A DNA stretch of 64,000 bases from Candidatus Latescibacterota bacterium (GTDB lineage Bacteria; Latescibacterota; UBA2968; UBA8231), in assembly GCA_965248265.1 (NCBI GenBank), contig CBDFJF010000002.1, positions 928,001 to 992,000 on the forward strand, read 5' to 3'. A program made the translations under genes and the position numbers. Below are positions 41,291 to 51,837 of this stretch, one piece after another. How positions within the stretch are numbered: position 1 is the stretch's first letter; each line of letters starts with the position of its first letter. The notes under the pieces are model-generated. The model ran no database searches, was not told where the DNA came from, and saw nothing but the letters and a program-made list of their open reading frames with translations.

Positions 41291-42898
41291 CTACGGAGAT
41301 TGCATGACAGATCGCGGGTTGGCGTCAGTGTTTCCACCAATAGGCCATCCGAAGCCGGCGATGACCTCGAGCAGGGCCGGGTTGTCCGCTGACAGGGGTG
41401 GCAGGTAGGACCCAAGTTTTTGGCGTTTCCACCATCCGCCGGTGGCGAAGTCGGTGAATTCGTACTGGTAGAGGTCAGCACGGACGTAGGTCGGCTGTTC
41501 ACCTTGGAAGGGATCGGCTGCCAGCTGGCTGAGAACGCCCTGGTCCGCCAGCAGCAGCTTGTAGACCAGGTGCACGAGCCACGGTTGGCGAGAATAGTCG
41601 GACATAGCAGCAAACCAGATCTGCCAGTCAAGGCGATAGTGGTAAGGCGAAACGATACCGGGGCGTCGATCCGGGTTTCCGGGTTTGCCCTTGAATTCGT
41701 ACTCATGCCAATCGGACTCGCTGTCCGGAGCCGGGTCGGTCGTGCCAAGCAGAATGACCTCGCGGCGCACCTTGCCGACGCTGCCGAATGCGCCATATGA
41801 ATTGACCAGGTTGAGCGGGTCGAACGATGTATTCATGCGTTGTCGACTGGACCACATGTTGGCGATGGGGTCGATACTGAGCACGGCGATCACGGCGACG
41901 AGGGCGACTACAGTGACGCGCCGCGCATCCGAAGCCGGGACGGATGGCAGTGGACGATGACGTAGCGCTTGTGGTGCGATTCGCAGCAACAGGCCGTCGC
42001 TAAGACAGGGGATGCACAACACCAGCGTGATGTAGTTGAGCCACGAGAGATTGCCGCTGACGATGAGCATCAGCTGAAAGGCGATGATGAGGAGAGCGCC
42101 AGTGTGGCGGATATTTCTGGGGCCGAACAAGAGCCAGGGTGCGACCAATTCGACCATATGATTGAACAAGGCGCCTGCCTGGTGAAACAATTCCGGTGCT
42201 TGGTGCAGGTACCAGCTGAGCGGATTGGGGATGGGCTGGGTCTCGTAGTGGTAGAGCAGGCAGGTCAGATCGGTCCAGCAGGGATCGCCGCGGAGTTTGA
42301 TGAGGCCGGCCCCGAGCATGACCCGGAACAGGACCCAGCGCAGCAGCAGCAGGACCCAGCGGTCAGTCGTGCGGTTTTCCAGGCGCCATCCGCCCCTCAG
42401 CGGCGGGCACAGGAACAGTGCCAGGAAGCCGGTCTCCAGCAGTAGGGTCTCCCACCCGTAGGAATAGAACAGCTGGCCGGTGTGGACGAAGGAGGAGTAC
42501 AGCACCCATAGAGCGAACACCTGCAGGACGTTGGCGTGCCCGCACAGCAACAGCAGCGACAGCGCTAACCCGACCCAGGCCAGCGCCAGCATGAAGGCGT
42601 CACCGGAGTCGATCCACAGCAGGGTGGGGACCTGCAGGTAGGAAGGCCATCCACTGCCGACGCTGGTTTCCACCCGGCTCAAGAACAGGTGGACGGGCAG
42701 CAGGCCGTTGTGGCCCAGCAGTGGCCGCAGTTGCAGCACCAATCCGAGAAAGGCGACGCAGTAGACGAGACCGAGGGCGCGCAGAAAGGTGTAGCGCGTC
42801 AACACGTAGCTGGGCTGCGAGCCGTACCCGGGGATGTGGTCGCGTCGCAGGGATAGCTCACGCATGGTGCCGCCGAAATCAGGTCGTGGTGCCATCAC
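41291..42898 (-). CDS. Lipase maturation factor family membrane protein
   Basis: GWETLLLETGF, GAGLIKLRGD, YHYETQPIPNP, GNLSWLN, PYHYRLDWQIWFAA. Confidence 0.92.
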   Translation of the reverse strand: MMAPRPDFGGTMRELSLRRDHIPGYGSQPSYVLTRYTFLRALGLVYCVAFLGLVLQLRPLLGHNGLLPVHLFLSRVETSVGSGWPSYLQVPTLLWIDSGDAFMLALAWVGLALSLLLLCGHANVLQVFALWVLYSSFVHTGQLFYSYGWETLLLETGFLALFLCPPLRGGWRLENRTTDRWVLLLLRWVLFRVMLGAGLIKLRGDPCWTDLTCLLYHYETQPIPNPLSWYLHQAPELFHQAGALFNHMVELVAPWLLFGPRNIRHTGALLIIAFQLMLIVSGNLSWLNYITLVLCIPCLSDGLLLRIAPQALRHRPLPSVPASDARRVTVVALVAVIAVLSIDPIANMWSSRQRMNTSFDPLNLVNSYGAFGSVGKVRREVILLGTTDPAPDSESDWHEYEFKGKPGNPDRRPGIVSPYHYRLDWQIWFAAMSDYSRQPWLVHLVYKLLLADQGVLSQLAADPFQGEQPTYVRADLYQYEFTDFATGGWWKRQKLGSYLPPLSADNPALLEVIAGFGWPIGGNTDANPRSVMQSP

Positions 42899-42956
42899 TC
42901 CACCTTGGAACGGCTCATGCTGTGTAACAGGGTTGTCACCAGGTGGCCAACGGTTG

Positions 42957-43328
42957 TCAGGGCGCCTTGGGGTCGAGTTCCATCATGCCGAACTCGTTGC
43001 CTTCGGGATCGCGGCAATAGGCCAGGAAGCCGATGCCGGGAACGCTGGCACGCGAGCGGAATACCTGGCCGCCGTTGTCGGTGACGCGGATGAGGGCCTC
43101 GTCGAGGGAAGGGACTTCCACTATGTTGACCGGGCTGGAGGTAGCGGCGCTCTCCCGGTGAACCATGCCGCCATTGATCCCGGGTTGATCATCTTCCCCG
43201 GTGATGATTATCCAGTACTCCTGCGGACCGTCCCACCTTCTGAACTCCCAGCCGAAGGTGCTCTGGTAGAAGTTCACGGCGCGTTCGGGGTCGTCTGCGC
43301 ATATCTCGAAGTGCACGACTCGGGGCAT
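42957..43328 (-). CDS. VOC/glyoxalase family protein
   Basis: MPRVVHFEI..DPERAVNFY..FGW, GINGG, DPEGNEFG. Confidence 0.9.
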   Translation of the reverse strand: MPRVVHFEICADDPERAVNFYQSTFGWEFRRWDGPQEYWIIITGEDDQPGINGGMVHRESAATSSPVNIVEVPSLDEALIRVTDNGGQVFRSRASVPGIGFLAYCRDPEGNEFGMMELDPKAP

Positions 43329-43362
43329 CGTCGGCTCCAATCAACATCAAACGATTCTGCCA

Positions 43363-44721
43363 ATGACCTGTACGACGACAACGGGCGGCTGGCTGCGCCT
43401 TCTACTAGCGCGGGCAAGCCGACGAGCAACAACAGTACGACGATCACGGCCGAACCGCTACCAGAACAGGTGGGACACACTACCAGAATACCTCAAACTG
43501 CCACAGCAGTTGGCTGGAGTTGCGGCGGTGGCGTGCGGTGCCACGCACAGCATCATGGAAAAGTGCAACTTCGCCTGTACCAGCTGTTATCTGAGCGATG
43601 TGGCCAACTACACCAGGCCGCTGCCCTTCGAACAGGCGCAGGGGCAACTCGATGCACTTCGTGACCACCTCGGTCCCGGCGGCAAGTGTCAGATCACCTC
43701 GGGCGAAGTCACCTTGCTGGATCCGCATGAACTGGGTCGCATCATCGCCTACGCCAAACAGATCGGCCTCGACCCGATGGTGATGACGAACGGCCAGCGG
43801 CTTCTGCAGATTCCAGACTACCTGCCGACCCTGGTGGGTCGCTACGGACTCGAGAAGATCGGTTTCCACGTCGACGTGACCCAGAAGGGGCGTCCTGGAC
43901 TCACTGAGTCGACGCGCGAAGCAGATCTGCACGAGGTTCGCGACCGCTTCGCCGAGCTGATCCGGTCAACGAGAAGACAAACCGGCAAGCCGTTGCACGC
44001 CGGCAGCACGGTAACGGTGACGGAGCGCAACTATCGAGACATTCCAGATGTAGTCCGGTGGGTTCTCGACAACGCGGACAGCGTCAGGATCATCAGCTTT
44101 CTTCCGGCAGCGGAAGTGGGCCGCACCCAGGATCGCCGGATTCAACACCTTTCAATGGATGACGTGTGGGACAAGGTCTGCGAAGGTGTCGGCGTGAGGC
44201 TGAATCGCAACGCCATGCACTACGGTCATACCGAGTGCAACATAACTGTGCCCATCCTGCTGGTGACCGCCGGCGACCGGCATCGCGTGGTTGAAGTGGT
44301 GCGTGCGAGCAAGCGATGGGATCTGCGGGTGTTCAGCAGGGCGCTGAGAGAATTCAGCGAATGCGTCGATCTCAATCACAAGAATTGGCGCAACGTGGTA
44401 GCGGTGGTCATGCAGTTGATGGGGAAGCCATCGGCATTGGGCGAACTCATGCTGTACTCGCTGTACCGACTGTGGTCTGCCCGCAGTGCCGTGGCATCCT
44501 TCGTCTGGCACACTGTAACGCTCAGGCGCACGAGGGTGCGACCGCTATTGCTGGTCGTTCACCGCTTCATGAGCCCGGACGAACTGGACACGCCCCTGGG
44601 CAAGGAGCGCCTGCAAGCCTGCGTATTCAAGTTGCCCGTTGACGGCGAGATGGTGTCGATGTGCGAGATGAATGCGAAGCATCGTCTGAGTCTGAATCTG
44701 CGCTACACTTCCGATGAATGA
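43363..44721 (+). CDS. Radical SAM protein of unknown function
   Basis: CNFACTSC (CxxxCxxC), QITSGEVT, MTNG; C-terminal ACVFKLP..SMCEMN. Confidence 0.85.
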   Translation: MTCTTTTGGWLRLLLARASRRATTVRRSRPNRYQNRWDTLPEYLKLPQQLAGVAAVACGATHSIMEKCNFACTSCYLSDVANYTRPLPFEQAQGQLDALRDHLGPGGKCQITSGEVTLLDPHELGRIIAYAKQIGLDPMVMTNGQRLLQIPDYLPTLVGRYGLEKIGFHVDVTQKGRPGLTESTREADLHEVRDRFAELIRSTRRQTGKPLHAGSTVTVTERNYRDIPDVVRWVLDNADSVRIISFLPAAEVGRTQDRRIQHLSMDDVWDKVCEGVGVRLNRNAMHYGHTECNITVPILLVTAGDRHRVVEVVRASKRWDLRVFSRALREFSECVDLNHKNWRNVVAVVMQLMGKPSALGELMLYSLYRLWSARSAVASFVWHTVTLRRTRVRPLLLVVHRFMSPDELDTPLGKERLQACVFKLPVDGEMVSMCEMNAKHRLSLNLRYTSDE

Positions 44722-44904
44722 GCAGGGCTTCTGTCTAACAGATAGCTAACAAACAGTGAGAAACGACGCCGACATCGAGAGCAAGCTGTAGGTTCTTCCC
44801 ATATGGGCAAAAAGTGTCAGAAATGGTTTCAGTCAGTAGTGACACGGGTACATCAATGAGGTGTCAACTGAATGCAATTCGTTCTCCTCCGGGTCTATAG
44901 ATAA

Positions 44905-45315
44905 TTGTACAGCGGAACAGCGGTGGTGAAGAGGGTTCGGATACGCCTCAACTACGTTGCTCCAGAGCGACAGGACGCCTTTCTCCGCCATCTCCGGGCA
45001 TCACGGCTGAACGTCACTGCGGCTTGCAGAGCGACCGGTCTGGCCGGTACAGCAGGGATCTATCTACAGCGAAAATTTGACCTGTCGTTTCGTCAGCGCT
45101 GGGGAGAAGTAGAGGCGGAAGTTCTTGATCACCTCGAAGAACATCAGTTCAAAGCCGCCCAGAACGATTCTACGGACCGCCGATTCACCCTGACCCGTAG
45201 ACGCGGTGAGCGCTGGTCACGCCCTCAGGTGGTCAATTTGGAAGCCAGAGCAGAATCCTCGGTCAGGCACATGAGTGACCAGGAACTGAAAGCGATCATC
45301 GAAGGGCAGAAATAG
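44905..45315 (+). CDS. Phage terminase small subunit-like HTH protein (orphan)
   Basis: AFLRHLRASRLNVTAACRATG...Y...F...W.EVE....D.LE pattern and C-terminal MSDQELKAII; start uncertain. Confidence 0.6.
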   Translation: MYSGTAVVKRVRIRLNYVAPERQDAFLRHLRASRLNVTAACRATGLAGTAGIYLQRKFDLSFRQRWGEVEAEVLDHLEEHQFKAAQNDSTDRRFTLTRRRGERWSRPQVVNLEARAESSVRHMSDQELKAIIEGQK

Positions 45316-45898
45316 AGTGAAAGCCGAACGAAATTGAGGCAGGGCTTGAATCGGGGATGGGGAAGGGTCTCTGAGGTAGGGAGGCCGTCCCCACTCCCGC
45401 AGCCAAACTACCGGTAATCTGATTTATCGGTACTCAACCATCCTGTGTATCCAATCCGGGGTGGCCCCCTTTGAGAGTCCCTGGTCGGCAGGCGGAAAGG
45501 CTCCTATCGAAATTCAGGCGGCAAAAAGTACTGGCGCGCACTGCAGGAAAGGAAGAGCGACGCTCCGGCTTCGCTAGTCTTATAATTCCAACCTCGCCTA
45601 GGTATCCAGATGTTTGTACCGGTACCGTTTTGCCAATCACCCGTTATAGGTAGTCAAAGCCTCCTGTGGTCCGGGGTCTGCCCCCCCTCCAGGAGTCCCG
45701 GCGGATTATGCGGGAGACACTCCCCGCCGAGCAGTTCCCCCGTAAAAATCACCGTCAGACTACCGGTAATTGCTCCTTATCGTGCCCAACCGTTCCCGCA
45801 GTTTCCCCGCTCCAGTGTGATCACGTGAGCATCAGCGTCGACTGAACCAGCGAGATATCACGCCCGCTAACCGTCACAGTCACGACGTCCGCGGCGAC

Positions 45899-47254
45899 TC
45901 ACTTGCGCGTGTTGGCGAAGCGTCGCTCCGGTGTGGTGGGGGCCAGGTCGACGAGTCGGTTTGGGCCGTCAGCCTGTTTCAGTAGCTCGAAGGCGTCGTA
46001 GAGTTCTCCCGTGGCGGTGACGGCCCGGTAGCGCAATGTGTCGGTGTCGATGGTGACCAGCTGATAGAGCTGCGTGTTCTCGGCGCCCCGGTCCATCCAG
46101 CGATCCTCGGTCAGTTCATACATCTTGGGACCGCTGACGGAGACGACGTACATGGTGCCGCTCGAATCGTGCACAGCGGCTCCCGTGGGCAGATTGCGGC
46201 CGCGGCCGTAGGAGTGGTCGTGCCCCTGTAGTACGAGGTCAACGCCGTATTCGTCGTAGCGCGGCTTGAAGAGCTCTCGCAGGGCTTGGTTGTCGCGGCC
46301 CTTCGCCGAGGAGAACAGCGGGTAATGGTGCGTTACCACCGTCCACCGGTTCGGATTCGTTTGGAGTACGCCGTCCAGCCATTTCGCCTGTTCACCGAGA
46401 CGTTCGTTCGAGTTGAGGACGACGAAACGCACGCCTTGCACATCCAGCCAGTAGACGGATTCCTCGAGTCCGGGTGGGCCGTTTTCCGGCAGGGCGAACG
46501 TCGGCCGCCAGTGATGGGAAAGCCGCCGTTCATCGTCGACCGTCGAGTACTCGTGATTGCCGGCCACGGGAATGGCCGGCATCATGGCGTGGATGAAGCT
46601 CCCCGCGGCGAACCATTCGCCCCACTCCCGGTCGCTCTCGGCGCGGTTGACGAGGTCACCGGCGTGCAGCATTAGGTGGGCCCGTGGAGCCTCGCTGTAC
46701 GCCGCGCGGATCGTTCGTGACCAAAGCGAGAGAATCGAGTTCTGCGCGTCCCCGAAGTAGATGAAGGTGAAGGGTTCGGCCTGCCGACTTGCGGAGCGGA
46801 AGTGGAACCACTCGCTCCACGTCGAGTAGCCGTCGCCGACGCGGTAGGCGTATAGAGTCGCTGGCTCGAGGTCTGTGAATTCGACTTCGTGATAGCGCGC
46901 GGGACCGCTGTCAGCCCTCAGGATGTGGGAGGCGGAGGGCAAACGCCGCGCCGAATTGGCAAACTCTGGCGAGGCATCGGCCAGGGCGATTTCGGCGAAT
47001 CCACTGTCAGCGGCCGCGGCCGTGCGCCAGCTGACGGCCTGCGTCGTGGCCGGATCGGAGCGCCAGGTCAGACAGATGCGGTCCGGGCGCGTGCCGGGAG
47101 CACTCTCGGCGTCGATACCCGAGTCGCAGCCTGCCCAGCACACGCCCATGCAGACGAGTGCGGCCAAGAGTAGATGTGCCCGTAAGGGCTTTGAATCGCT
47201 CGTTTCCCGGCTTTCAAGATTCAGCGTTCGCGCAATTCTCAGGACCTGTATCAT
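45899..47254 (-). CDS. Purple acid phosphatase-like metallophosphoesterase with FN3-like domain, probable lipoprotein
   Basis: GDAQ, AGDLVN, GNHE, HHYP, GHDHSY; lipobox-like CWAGC; start uncertain. Confidence 0.88.
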   Translation of the reverse strand: MIQVLRIARTLNLESRETSDSKPLRAHLLLAALVCMGVCWAGCDSGIDAESAPGTRPDRICLTWRSDPATTQAVSWRTAAAADSGFAEIALADASPEFANSARRLPSASHILRADSGPARYHEVEFTDLEPATLYAYRVGDGYSTWSEWFHFRSASRQAEPFTFIYFGDAQNSILSLWSRTIRAAYSEAPRAHLMLHAGDLVNRAESDREWGEWFAAGSFIHAMMPAIPVAGNHEYSTVDDERRLSHHWRPTFALPENGPPGLEESVYWLDVQGVRFVVLNSNERLGEQAKWLDGVLQTNPNRWTVVTHHYPLFSSAKGRDNQALRELFKPRYDEYGVDLVLQGHDHSYGRGRNLPTGAAVHDSSGTMYVVSVSGPKMYELTEDRWMDRGAENTQLYQLVTIDTDTLRYRAVTATGELYDAFELLKQADGPNRLVDLAPTTPERRFANTRK

Positions 47255-47784
47255 ACTGCTCAGCCTCCGAATATTGAGTCGGACATCTGCCGCCGAATCT
47301 TCAGCACCTCGCATCGTTTTCTGCTCGACCGCACCCCGAATAGTACTCCAAGAAGCCCTTACAAACACGTTCTGCTACACAATCGCCCCACCGGTCGGCC
47401 TCGCGGCGGAACTCACTCGGGTCACAGTCGTCGTCACCCTGGGACAGACCTCTGTCGGCGCCGCACGGCGCGTGCCCGCTTTGCCTCACCGATTCACAGA
47501 ATTCTCCCTGGATTCTTGTACCGGCTGTGATGTTCTATCAGTTAGGGTTATCCGAAAGGTTTCTTCATGACAGCTCAGTCTGACAGTAGGAGACCAAATT
47601 TCCTCATCATCATGTCGGACCAGCATGCTCCGGAAACCCAGCGAATAAAACAATCGCTTGAGTATCGGCGTGGGTTGCCGCGGTGACCACGACGCTCCGA
47701 GTGTCGACAACGAGGTGATTGCCCCAGTTTTTTCTGCTGCGTGCATGATGCAGAAGATCATCGAGGCCATTCGAGACAGCGGTT

Positions 47785-48642
47785 CTAGTCCGCCACTCCC
47801 AGAGCCTGGTCGTTCAACCCCCAATCATACGGCATGGCGTTGATCTCGTAGTCGACAGCCCGGTCGAGCTCCGCGACCCGATCCTCTGCCAGGTACAGCC
47901 GCAGGTAGTTCACAAGAGTGGGGTTCTCCTCAGGGTATTTTCCCCGGTACCACGCCAGGTAGTCCTCTTCATACCAGGTAAAAATGGACGACAGGTGCAG
48001 AACCTGCTGCTCATGGTCAAAGCGCAGGTTGCGCGGCTCGTTGACGAATTTACGGGCCTCTGTCTCCAGCTGTTGTTCGAGGTCGTCGCCGGAGAAGGCG
48101 CGTCGTGGCAGTCGGGGGCAGCCGTTGGAGGCGCAGTTGATGGCAAAGTGGATCCGCGGCTCCGGGAAGCGTCCGCGGATGACGTCCTCTTCGAGGTCGT
48201 AGAGATTGTAAGATTCACCGCCGAACACGAGCTTGCGGAAGTAGAAGAAGCCGCTCTTATCTGGCGCGAAAAAGAGGACTCGGGGGGCTTTGACCTCACT
48301 GACGCTGGTGATCGGGTACTCCGAGAGGATGGCCGTCAGCGTCGCGGCGTTGTAGGCGTTGATCCAGTAGGCGAGTCGCTCGTGCTCGCTCGGGAAAAGT
48401 TCAGGGTGACTGTCCGGGCTGTAGGTTGCTACCAGCCGGTAGTAGGTATCCAGCTTGACGGGATCGGCCTGCAGCCCTTTGTAATCCACTCGGCCGTTGT
48501 CGTCGACATACTGGTGCTGTACCTGGTCAAGTAACTCATGGGAGAACGGGTCGGGTGTTTCGGCGGCAGGGACATCGCTCGCAGGTTCGATGGTCTTGAA
48601 AATCGTCAGGAAGGCGATGCCGAGGGTCATGAGCATGGGCAT
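47785..48642 (-). CDS. DUF547 domain protein
   Basis: GRVDYKGL, LAYWINAYNA, EPRIHFAINCASNGCP, LSSIFTWY, YDWGLN. Confidence 0.9.
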   Translation of the reverse strand: MPMLMTLGIAFLTIFKTIEPASDVPAAETPDPFSHELLDQVQHQYVDDNGRVDYKGLQADPVKLDTYYRLVATYSPDSHPELFPSEHERLAYWINAYNAATLTAILSEYPITSVSEVKAPRVLFFAPDKSGFFYFRKLVFGGESYNLYDLEEDVIRGRFPEPRIHFAINCASNGCPRLPRRAFSGDDLEQQLETEARKFVNEPRNLRFDHEQQVLHLSSIFTWYEEDYLAWYRGKYPEENPTLVNYLRLYLAEDRVAELDRAVDYEINAMPYDWGLNDQALGVAD

Positions 48643-48679
48643 GGTTGTTCAGTTTGATGCCGGCGCCGGAACGTTGGAT

Positions 48680-49453
48680 TCAGTCCATCGGGTATAGGCT
48701 GCATCCGCCATCCACGACGAGGACGGAGCCGGTCATATAATCGGCCATGGACGAGCACAGAAAGACGAAGGCGTCGGCGACGGACTCGGGCGGTTGCATG
48801 TCACCGAGTGGGATCGCCTTTGAGGCTCGAGCTCGATAGGAGGGATCGGTGTCCCACTGGCGCTTGGCGAGGCCGACGGCGACAATGCCCGGAGCCACCG
48901 CATTGGCGCGAATTTTTGGTGCCAGCTCGCGGGCGAAGCCGCGCATCATCGTTTTCAGAGCCGCCTTACTCGATGTGTAGGGAGTGATCTCTGGCCAGGG
49001 CACGTCCTGGACCCATGAGGTGGTGAATATGAGATGGCCCGGTATGCCACGGTTGATCCACCGTTTACAGGCTTCCTGGGCTACCACGAAGGCGCTGCGG
49101 ACGTTGACGTTGTAGAGCTTGTCGAAGCCTTCGATCGGGTAGTCCTCCACCGGATGAGCATCAACCATGCCGGCGTGGCAGCAGACGATATCGGGAATGC
49201 GGAGCTCGTCCTCAACTTTGTCAAACAGCCGTTTCACCTCCTCCGGCTCAGAAGCGTCGGCCTGGAAATAGCCGGTGTGATCGCCCGTTGCCTCGGCAAA
49301 GAGCAGGCTCAGGGCCGCCTCTTGCTGGCTGACGATGTCGTTGACGGCGACGCGGGCGCCGTGACGCAGCAGATGGTGGACGATTACCCGGCCGATGGCG
49401 CCGGCTCCGCCAGTGATGAGGACGGTCTTCTGACTCAGGTCCAGGGGGTCCAT
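48680..49453 (-). CDS. SDR family oxidoreductase
   Basis: ITGGAGAIG, YTSSK (YxxxK), NAVAPG, VDGG. Confidence 0.9.
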   Translation of the reverse strand: MDPLDLSQKTVLITGGAGAIGRVIVHHLLRHGARVAVNDIVSQQEAALSLLFAEATGDHTGYFQADASEPEEVKRLFDKVEDELRIPDIVCCHAGMVDAHPVEDYPIEGFDKLYNVNVRSAFVVAQEACKRWINRGIPGHLIFTTSWVQDVPWPEITPYTSSKAALKTMMRGFARELAPKIRANAVAPGIVAVGLAKRQWDTDPSYRARASKAIPLGDMQPPESVADAFVFLCSSMADYMTGSVLVVDGGCSLYPMD

Positions 49454-49567
49454 GGTGCCTTCTCCTTTCGCGAGTCGAGGGAGGTAACACGTTGCGTCGG
49501 CGCCTGAAAAGATATTACTTCGGCGACTCTCAAGCACACCAAATTCTCAAGCACGGAACGGACCGAC

Positions 49568-49969
49568 ATGATCATCCGAACGCAAAAAGAAGCGCCGCGG
49601 TTTCAGGGGGATGGCACGATCTCCTATCTGCTGGTGTCGCCATGGACCGGCGGCTCCAGCCAGTTGACAACGTCTTTGGTTGAAATGGAGCCGGGGGGAT
49701 CGCAACGAGCTCATCGGCATGAGCCGGAGCAGATATACTACTTCATCTCGGGTACCGGCATGATGAGCGTGGAGGACGAAACGTGGGAGGTGACGGAGGG
49801 AGATTGCGTCCTGGTACCTGCCAATAGCACACACAGCATCCGCAATGATTCCGACGATGTCGGCCTGCGCTACTTTGGCGCTGCTGCTCCCGCTTTTTCC
49901 GTCGATCAGCTCAAGGTGCTGTGGCCGTTGCCGAGCGAGGAGCAAGCTGGCGAGGATCAGGCACCGTAG
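49568..49969 (+). CDS. Cupin domain protein
   Basis: [30 protein letters not shown]. Confidence 0.88.
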   Translation: MIIRTQKEAPRFQGDGTISYLLVSPWTGGSSQLTTSLVEMEPGGSQRAHRHEPEQIYYFISGTGMMSVEDETWEVTEGDCVLVPANSTHSIRNDSDDVGLRYFGAAAPAFSVDQLKVLWPLPSEEQAGEDQAP

Positions 49970-50028
49970 ACGACCTTGACCCTGGCGGCGAGGGGTGCGA
50001 AGGTACCTCCCAGGAGGATGACTCGGTT

Positions 50029-50685
50029 ATGAGCAAGAAAGCGCTCATCGTGTGGGGCGGTTGGGACGGCCATGAGCCCGAAGCCTGCACGAAGATTTTC
50101 GCCCCGATTCTGGAGCAGGACGGGTTCGAGGTCACGGTTTCCGATTCGATGGACAGCTACACGGACGAGGACTTGATGGCGTCCCTGGACGTGGTGGTGC
50201 CGATCTGGACCATGGGCACCATCGAGAACGAACAGGCGGACGGGTTGTTGAAGGCGATCGAGAGCGGGGTCGGTGTAGCCGGCTGGCACGGGGGCATGGC
50301 CGACTCGTTTCGCAACAACACACAATACCAGTTCATGGTAGGCGGGCAATGGGTGGCGCATCCGGACGGGGTCATCGACTACCGCGTCAACATCGCCGCG
50401 CACGACGACCCGATTGTTCTAGGATTGAACGACTTCGACATGCATTCGGAACAGTACTACATGCATGTCGATCCGGGCAACGAGGTGCTGGTGACGACGA
50501 CCTTCGAAGGCCGGCAAAGTGCGCCGTGGATCAACGGGGCCGTGATGCCGGTTGTGTGGAAGCGGGTATGGGGCAAGGGACGGGTATTCTACTCGTCGCT
50601 GGGCCATGTGGCTGCCGATTTCGATGTTCCGGAAGCTCGGGAGATTCAACGACGCGGTACGCTCTGGGCGGCCGGTGTCGCCTGA
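50029..50685 (+). CDS. ThuA-like (trehalose utilisation) domain protein
   Basis: [44 protein letters not shown]. Confidence 0.88.
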   Translation: MSKKALIVWGGWDGHEPEACTKIFAPILEQDGFEVTVSDSMDSYTDEDLMASLDVVVPIWTMGTIENEQADGLLKAIESGVGVAGWHGGMADSFRNNTQYQFMVGGQWVAHPDGVIDYRVNIAAHDDPIVLGLNDFDMHSEQYYMHVDPGNEVLVTTTFEGRQSAPWINGAVMPVVWKRVWGKGRVFYSSLGHVAADFDVPEAREIQRRGTLWAAGVA

Positions 50686-50737
50686 GATGACGGTGCTGGA
50701 CGGTGCTGGGCGATTTCACCATGGATGACTAGGGCCT

Positions 50738-50956
50738 ATGGATTTCACACACACCATCAAAAAACTGCAAGACGAAGGGGTCCACCGGGTCAGTGATGCG
50801 GTCGGCGACCTGAACGCACCGTGGATGACCCGCCGTAAGCGGCGTTCGCGCAAATTGAAAAGGGGTCTCATCGTCGCCGGTTTTCTGTTCGGGCTGGCGA
50901 CGATTGCCGCCCTGCTGGTCTACGCCATCGTCAACGAATCGTGGCGCACGGACTGA
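50738..50956 (+). CDS. Small membrane protein, hypothetical
   Basis: 72 aa; basic stretch followed by a TM helix; fills the operon gap. Confidence 0.55.
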   Translation: MDFTHTIKKLQDEGVHRVSDAVGDLNAPWMTRRKRRSRKLKRGLIVAGFLFGLATIAALLVYAIVNESWRTD

Positions 50957-50966
50957 TTGAGCGGGG

Positions 50967-51689
50967 ATGTCGAGGAAGCGCGTACTGATTACCGGTGCCG
51001 CGGGCAGGATCGGTAAAGCCTGTGCACGCGATCTGCGGGAACGCTATGATCTGCGCCTGATGTACCACCGCACCCCTCTTGAAGAGGATTTCGGCCATGA
51101 GGTCGTTCAGGGGGCAGCGAGCGATCTGGCGCGCATGGAGGAGATCGTCGATGGCATGGACGCCATCGTTCACATGGCCGGCGATCCCCGCGTCGGCGCG
51201 CCATGGGAGTCGATCCTGGAATCAAACATCGTCGGTCTGTACTGCCTGTACGAGGCAGCGCGCCGTCGACAGGTTCCCCGCATCGTCTTCGCCAGTTCCA
51301 ACCATGCAACCGGGTTTTACGAACAGGAGGGCACTTTCACGACGGTGGCCATGCCGGCGCGGCCGGACAGCTATTACGGTGTAAGCAAGGCGTTCGGCGA
51401 GGACCTGGGCCGCTACTACCACGACCAGCACGGCATGGAGATCATTTGTCTGCGCATCGGATCGTTTCAACCGGACGAGGCTGTGACCACACGCGACAAT
51501 GATCGCATCCTGTCCACATGGCTCAGCCACCGGGACTGCGTGCAACTGGTATGGCGCAGCATCGAATCGACGACGAAATACGGCATCTACTACGGCATAT
51601 CTGGGAACAAGCGCGCTTACTGGGACATCAGCAATGCCCGTGCGGAGCTTGGTTACGAGCCGGAGGATGATGCCGAGCGTCTGGTGTGA
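50967..51689 (+). CDS. NAD-dependent epimerase/dehydrogenase (uronate dehydrogenase-like)
   Basis: ITGAAGRIG, ASSNHA, YGVSK, LRIGS, WLSHRD. Confidence 0.85.
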   Translation: MSRKRVLITGAAGRIGKACARDLRERYDLRLMYHRTPLEEDFGHEVVQGAASDLARMEEIVDGMDAIVHMAGDPRVGAPWESILESNIVGLYCLYEAARRRQVPRIVFASSNHATGFYEQEGTFTTVAMPARPDSYYGVSKAFGEDLGRYYHDQHGMEIICLRIGSFQPDEAVTTRDNDRILSTWLSHRDCVQLVWRSIESTTKYGIYYGISGNKRAYWDISNARAELGYEPEDDAERLV

Positions 51690-51837
51690 GCATCTGCGGC
51701 TTGACGCCGCGATGACCCTTCTTAGGGACCTATTTTTTTAACAGTTGAATTGCCGGCGTCGCCGCCTATCTTACTAAAGCTCCCGTAGATCGAAACACCC
51801 TACACAACCTCAAATACATGCAAAAACCGGACTAAAC

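Noticed and set aside
47370-47780. Possible ncRNA or tRNA in the long intergenic gap
   Set aside because: No cloverleaf or recognisable riboswitch motif by eye; an Rfam scan would be needed.
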